DNA of 64,000 bases from contig CM000152.2 of assembly GCA_000004695.1 (NCBI GenBank), positions 3,808,001-3,872,000 on the forward strand, in the 5' to 3' direction. Source of the DNA: Dictyostelium discoideum. Its lineage: Eukaryota. A program made the position numbers and the translations under genes. Of this stretch, positions 59,582 to 64,000 are shown piece after piece. Below the pieces are notes generated by a model, which made no database searches, was not told the origin of the DNA, and was given only the letters and a program-made list of their open reading frames with translations. Every line of letters begins with the position of its first letter. Positions within the stretch are counted from its first letter, which is position 1.

Positions 59582-60776
59582 GATCATGGTGATGATGACT
59601 ATGATTATCATCATCTATTACCTTTAATTTTAAATTTAAATTTTTTTTAACTTTATTAAATTTTGCAATTGGTTCATCTTCAACATGATGTTTTAAAAGT
59701 ACTTCCAAATTATATTTAACATTATCTTCTCTAACTATTAATTTTTCATTATCTTCAATTTCTAAAATTAATTCATTTATATTATCCTTTTTTTTTTTTA
59801 AAAAAAATATTAGTAATTTGAATATTTTTTTTTTAAAAAATGAAAAAAAAAAAAAAAAACTTACTAATCTTTTTAAATTAATATTAAATTCAATAAATTT
59901 TGGAATTATAATTGGATTTTCTAAAATTTTATTATCAATACCAATATTTTGAATTGTGAAAACTGGTCTATAGTAACCTGAACCATCTTCTAATAATTGT
60001 TCATTTGGTGGTGGTTCTTGATATTTAATATTACTATTTTCAATTGGTTCATCTACAATTGTAACATGAAATTCTTTTGGAAATTGTTTTTTTGATATTT
60101 TAATTGCAGCAATGTTTAATGATTCTTTATACTTTTGATAAATTGCTTGCATTGAAGTTTGAATTAGTAATCTATTTAATGAAACTTGTTTAGTCGATTC
60201 ATTGTAAGTATCAGTACCAAATATAATATGATAAACTTTATAGAATGGACTTGTGAATGTATGTTGCTGCTTTTCAACTTCAAATAAACTATAAGGTATT
60301 ATCCATCCTTTATCCTCTGTCATTGATGCCATACCAATCGTTGGATAATGTGAACACATAACATAAACTCTATCATTCTTATCACTATGTGTTTTAAAAC
60401 AAAATCCACTTATACTTTTAACTTTTTTAGTTTTAATTTTATTTACACTTTCTTTTTCTTTTTCTTTTTCTTTTTCTTTTGGTTGTGGTGGTGGTTGTGG
60501 TTGTGGTTGAGTTTCGTTATTCGTATTTTTATTTGTATCTGTTGGTGTTGTTATAACTTTGGTGGTTTTTGTACTGTTTTGTTCAGATTCATTTAATTTT
60601 TCAACTACATCATAGTATTCTAAAAGAGTTGATAAAATATTAGGATCTTGAAATGTTTGTTGTAAATCTTTAAGATTCTAATTTTATAATATTAATATAA
60701 TTAAGAAATGAAAAAATATATATATATATATCACATGGTTACTTACTTTTTCTGTGAAATTAAAATTTTTGTCCAT
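59097..60776 (-). CDS. Hypothetical ~510-aa protein, 3 exons: join(59097..59786,59865..60677,60747..60776)
   Basis: Exon 1 MDKNFNFTEK, then GTAAGT and a 69-bp intron. Exon 2 NLKDLQQTFQDPNILSTLLEYYDVVEKL...GWIIPYSLFEVEK...FIEFNINLKRL, then GTAAGT and a 78-bp intron. Exon 3 DNINELILEIEDNEK...SGVWYKFI*. The ORF-track poly-F/K stretch is intron read-through. No family recognised. Confidence 0.55.
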
Positions 60777-60778
60777 TT

Positions 60779-60809
<31 letters not shown>

Positions 60810-61902
60810 ATAAAAAAAAAATCTGATAACCCAAAAAAAATTTTTTCATTTTTTTTTTCAAATTTTTTTTTTTCATTTCAAGCCAACAAATCTTCTCACT
60901 TTTTTGATCCTTTTTTTTTTATATGTATATATTTATTTATTTTATTTTAATCAAACACAGTTAAACTCAATTAACAAAATAAAATGAAATAAAAACTTAA
61001 TATCCAATTAAGATATTTTTTATCTTCCTTGAAAAGATAATTATTCAAATAATAAAAAAAACCTCTTTTTTTTTTTTTAATTATAAATCAACCAACAACT
61101 TAAAATAACCAATAATAGGAGAATACCTTTTTGGAATAATAATAATAGTAATAATATTTTTAAAAGGTATGATTTTGTGAATTTAAAAAAAAAAAAAAAA
61201 ATCAGAATAAAAGTAACACTATTTTATTTCTTATAATCTTAAAATTTATTGCCATCATTTTTAATTATAATAATATCAATCTCAATAACAATCACATATC
61301 AAATTGTTTAATTAATAGAAAAAGTTAACAGTTTTTTTTTTTTTTTTTTTGATTACTTCATTACTGGTAGTGTGGGGGTGGTTTTTTTTTTTTTTTATAT
61401 TGATAAATAAGGCAAATTAAATTAAAAATAAAAAAAAAATAAAAACAAAAAAATCAAATAATTTTATAGATGATTTCATACACTTTACTATTTAAATTCT
61501 TTTTTTTTTTTTTAATTTATTCTCATCGAAACCCCAATTTTTTATATTAACCGAATGTGTTATCATGCTAGGTTTAACAAGATTCATTATTTTTTTTTTT
61601 TAATTTATTTGAAAAAAAAACTAAAATATAAAAAAAAAAAAAAAAAAGAATAAAAAAATAATCAAAAAATTTACACTTTTATGTACATCGATTACATATG
61701 TGCCATATACAAATAATATTTAGTTATTTTTTTTATTTATTTTTTATTTTTTTTTTTTTTAATCAATTGTTTTTACCTAAAGTGTGAGTGTGAGTAAGAG
61801 AGAGTGTTAGTGGTTTAGTTTAGTATCTGTCAATTTGTTTGTATTTTTATAATAAAATTAAAATAAAATAAAATTTAATTTAATAATAATTAACAGATAA
61901 TA

Positions 61903-61947
<45 letters not shown>

Positions 61948-62079
61948 TTTAATTGGATTTTATAAAAAAAAAATAATACTAAAAAAAAAAATCAATCAAA
62001 TATTTATTTATTTATTAATTTATTGTTTATTTATATATGTATTATATTTGTTTATAAAAAAAAAAAAAAAATAATAATT

Positions 62080-62119
<40 letters not shown>

Positions 62120-62281
62120 AAGAAGTAATATTTTTTTTATTAATTTTTATTTAATTATTATTATTATTATTATTTTATTTTAAATCTTTTATTAATTTTT
62201 TAATTTTTATTTTATCTTAAAATTTTTTTTTTTTTTTTTTTATTTTTTTTTTTTATTTTTTTTATTTATTATTTAGAAAGA

Positions 62282-64000
62282 ATGAAATTAAAATTATTTT
62301 CATTTATAATATTATTATTATTATTATTTAATAATATTAATTTAAGTAAAAGTGAAACGATTTTATTATATGCTGATAAATGTACAAATTTTGGATGTGC
62401 ATTCTCAAATTTATTTTCAAAGGTTCCATCAATTTTGGATGATGTAATTGTAAAGACCAATAGTACAGCGATTCAAGCAATTATTACATTAACCGAATCA
62501 ATGTCAATAAAAAGTTTAAATATTTCAAATGGTATACTTAAAGTTGGATTAGGTGGTTCATTAACAGTTTCAAATAATATTTTAGTACAAGTTGGTAGTT
62601 CCTTATCAATTGATGGTACATCAACATGTAATTCATTAATATTGAATGGTGGTGGATCAATTAATTTAAGTGGTACATTAAATGTAAATACACAATTATC
62701 ATGCGATGGTATTGTTAAAGGTGGTGGATCAATTAAAATCAATGGTACACTTAATGTTAAATCATTGAATTTGGTTGGTGGTGGTCCAATTCCAACAATT
62801 TATCAAAATGGTATAATAAATTTAAATGGTAATGCAAACTTTTCAAATGGGTTAATATTGAATGATAATTCCCAACTTTTAATTAAATCTGGTATTTGCA
62901 CAATCGATGGAGTATTAACAACAACAACAAATTCAATAATTCATAATTTAGCAACATTAAATATTATAAATTCAATTAAAGATATTAAATGTGGTATTAA
63001 ATTTGATAAAAATTCAATTACAAATTTAATTGCAAGTAAATGTAATATTTATAATATTGTATTGATAACATCAACATCAACAATAAACGTACAATCATCA
63101 TCATCATTATCGATTTTAAATCAACAAAGTTCATTAATTACATTTGGTGGTCCAATTAATGTTGATTCAACATCATCAATAACATTTGATAATTCAAATT
63201 GTTTATTAACAAGTAAATCATTATCATTGGTTAAAGGTTCATTAATTAATGTAAATAATAATTCATCAGTTACCATTGGTGTTGGTATTGAATTATTAAA
63301 TGATTTTAGTATTGATATTAATTCAAGATTAATCATTGAATCAAGTTCAACCAATTCATTCATTGGTTCGGTTAAATGCTCAATTGGTTCAATTGTAAAG
63401 GTAGTTGATAGTATTGTTAATTTTAAATCACCAATTGTAATTGATACTTTATTAATTGATAATAGTAAATCAAGTTTAATTAATATTATTTCAAATGTTA
63501 CAATTACCAATGGTATTGAAAGTTTAGCACCTCTATCAAAGATTTCAATTGATCCAGTAATTGGTATACTTAATATTGGTGGTAATTCAGTGATTGGTAA
63601 TGTTTTAAATTTAAGTGGTACTTCACAATTTAATTTAATTAATAAAGCAAATTGTATAATTAGTGGTTTAGTTCCAATTGAACAATCAATGGTAAATCTA
63701 TACCAAGGTTGTAATCTAACAATAACAACATCAACTAATTTAACCAATAATTGTTTACATTTACATGGTGATTCAATTTTACAAATTAATGCAAATGCAT
63801 TTATCAATGGTTTAAAAGTTTACCCAATTTCTCAATTACAATTACCATCTTTGTTTCTAAAAAATTCAAATTGTAATTTACTTGAATCAATTGATAAATT
63901 AGGTACAATTAATTTAATTAAATCTGTATTATCATTAAATGATAAACTTGTTTTAAATATTAATAATAATTTAATAACTGATAAATTTTCAAATATTATT
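62282..64000 (+). CDS. Secreted, highly repetitive Ser/Thr/Asn/Gly-rich protein, 5' partial (continues past the window end)
   Basis: ATG at 62282, signal peptide MKLKLFSFIILLLLLFNNINLS. The frame stays open to position 64000. Recurrent ~20-25-aa periodicity of GGGSINLSGTLNV / GGSIKINGTLNV / ..NLNGNANFSNGL, suggesting a beta-solenoid-like repeat. It is absent from the ORF track only because no stop is reached. Confidence 0.55.
   Translation, partial: MKLKLFSFIILLLLLFNNINLSKSETILLYADKCTNFGCAFSNLFSKVPSILDDVIVKTNSTAIQAIITLTESMSIKSLNISNGILKVGLGGSLTVSNNILVQVGSSLSIDGTSTCNSLILNGGGSINLSGTLNVNTQLSCDGIVKGGGSIKINGTLNVKSLNLVGGGPIPTIYQNGIINLNGNANFSNGLILNDNSQLLIKSGICTIDGVLTTTTNSIIHNLATLNIINSIKDIKCGIKFDKNSITNLIASKCNIYNIVLITSTSTINVQSSSSLSILNQQSSLITFGGPINVDSTSSITFDNSNCLLTSKSLSLVKGSLINVNNNSSVTIGVGIELLNDFSIDINSRLIIESSSTNSFIGSVKCSIGSIVKVVDSIVNFKSPIVIDTLLIDNSKSSLINIISNVTITNGIESLAPLSKISIDPVIGILNIGGNSVIGNVLNLSGTSQFNLINKANCIISGLVPIEQSMVNLYQGCNLTITTSTNLTNNCLHLHGDSILQINANAFINGLKVYPISQLQLPSLFLKNSNCNLLESIDKLGTINLIKSVLSLNDKLVLNINNNLITDKFSNII

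Noticed and set aside
59097-60359. Poly-Phe/Lys stretch (FFFFFSFFKKKIFKLLIFFLKKKK) inside the 420-aa ORF
   Set aside because: It is read-through of a 78-bp A/T intron with a GTAAGT donor and AAAAAG acceptor. It is removed in the gene model.

Overview
The window reads as Dictyostelium discoideum-type nuclear DNA. It is about 22% GC, with long homopolymer A/T runs, short AT-rich introns (GTAAGT/GTATGT donor, TAG/CAG acceptor) and in-frame (AAT)n/(CAA)n tracts coding poly-Asn and poly-Gln. Prokaryotic feature classes (CRISPR, operons, RBS) do not apply, and I found no tRNA or rRNA genes. Many 'M' starts in the supplied ORF track are actually TTG or GTG, so true ATGs and splice junctions were re-derived by hand. 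I support about 22 protein-coding genes, most of them multi-exon: an EGF-like type-I membrane glycoprotein, a Rad60/Esc2-type SUMO-like-domain protein, three tandem hssA/B-like small Gly/Ser-rich genes, an FKBP-TPR protein, a CCHC zinc-knuckle Q/N-rich protein, a Ure2p-like GST, an actin pseudogene fragment, Arp4, HscB/Jac1, PIG-V GPI-mannosyltransferase, ribokinase, a START+F-box+WD40 protein, a PGM2-like phosphomutase, an ELMO/ankyrin protein, cytoplasmic dynein intermediate chain, exportin-4, transaldolase, a partial secreted repeat protein and several hypothetical proteins. The main non-genic structure is a 3x tandem array of 1.8-2.1 kb units (about 10.0-15.9 kb). Each unit carries one hssA/B-like gene plus an internal ~0.45 kb repeat. 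A fourth copy of that repeat sits 16 kb away at about 31.3 kb, with a ~55 bp segment inverted in place. Other observations worth a second look are an actin fragment followed by a GC-enriched stretch, a degenerate duplicate of the GST 3' end, an unusual START-F-box-WD40 domain combination, long (AAT)n arrays inside three 3n-length introns, and a few GC/C-rich islands with no ORF. Exon coordinates are hand-derived and carry a +/-1-3 nt risk. No database search was possible, so every product call rests on remembered family motifs.
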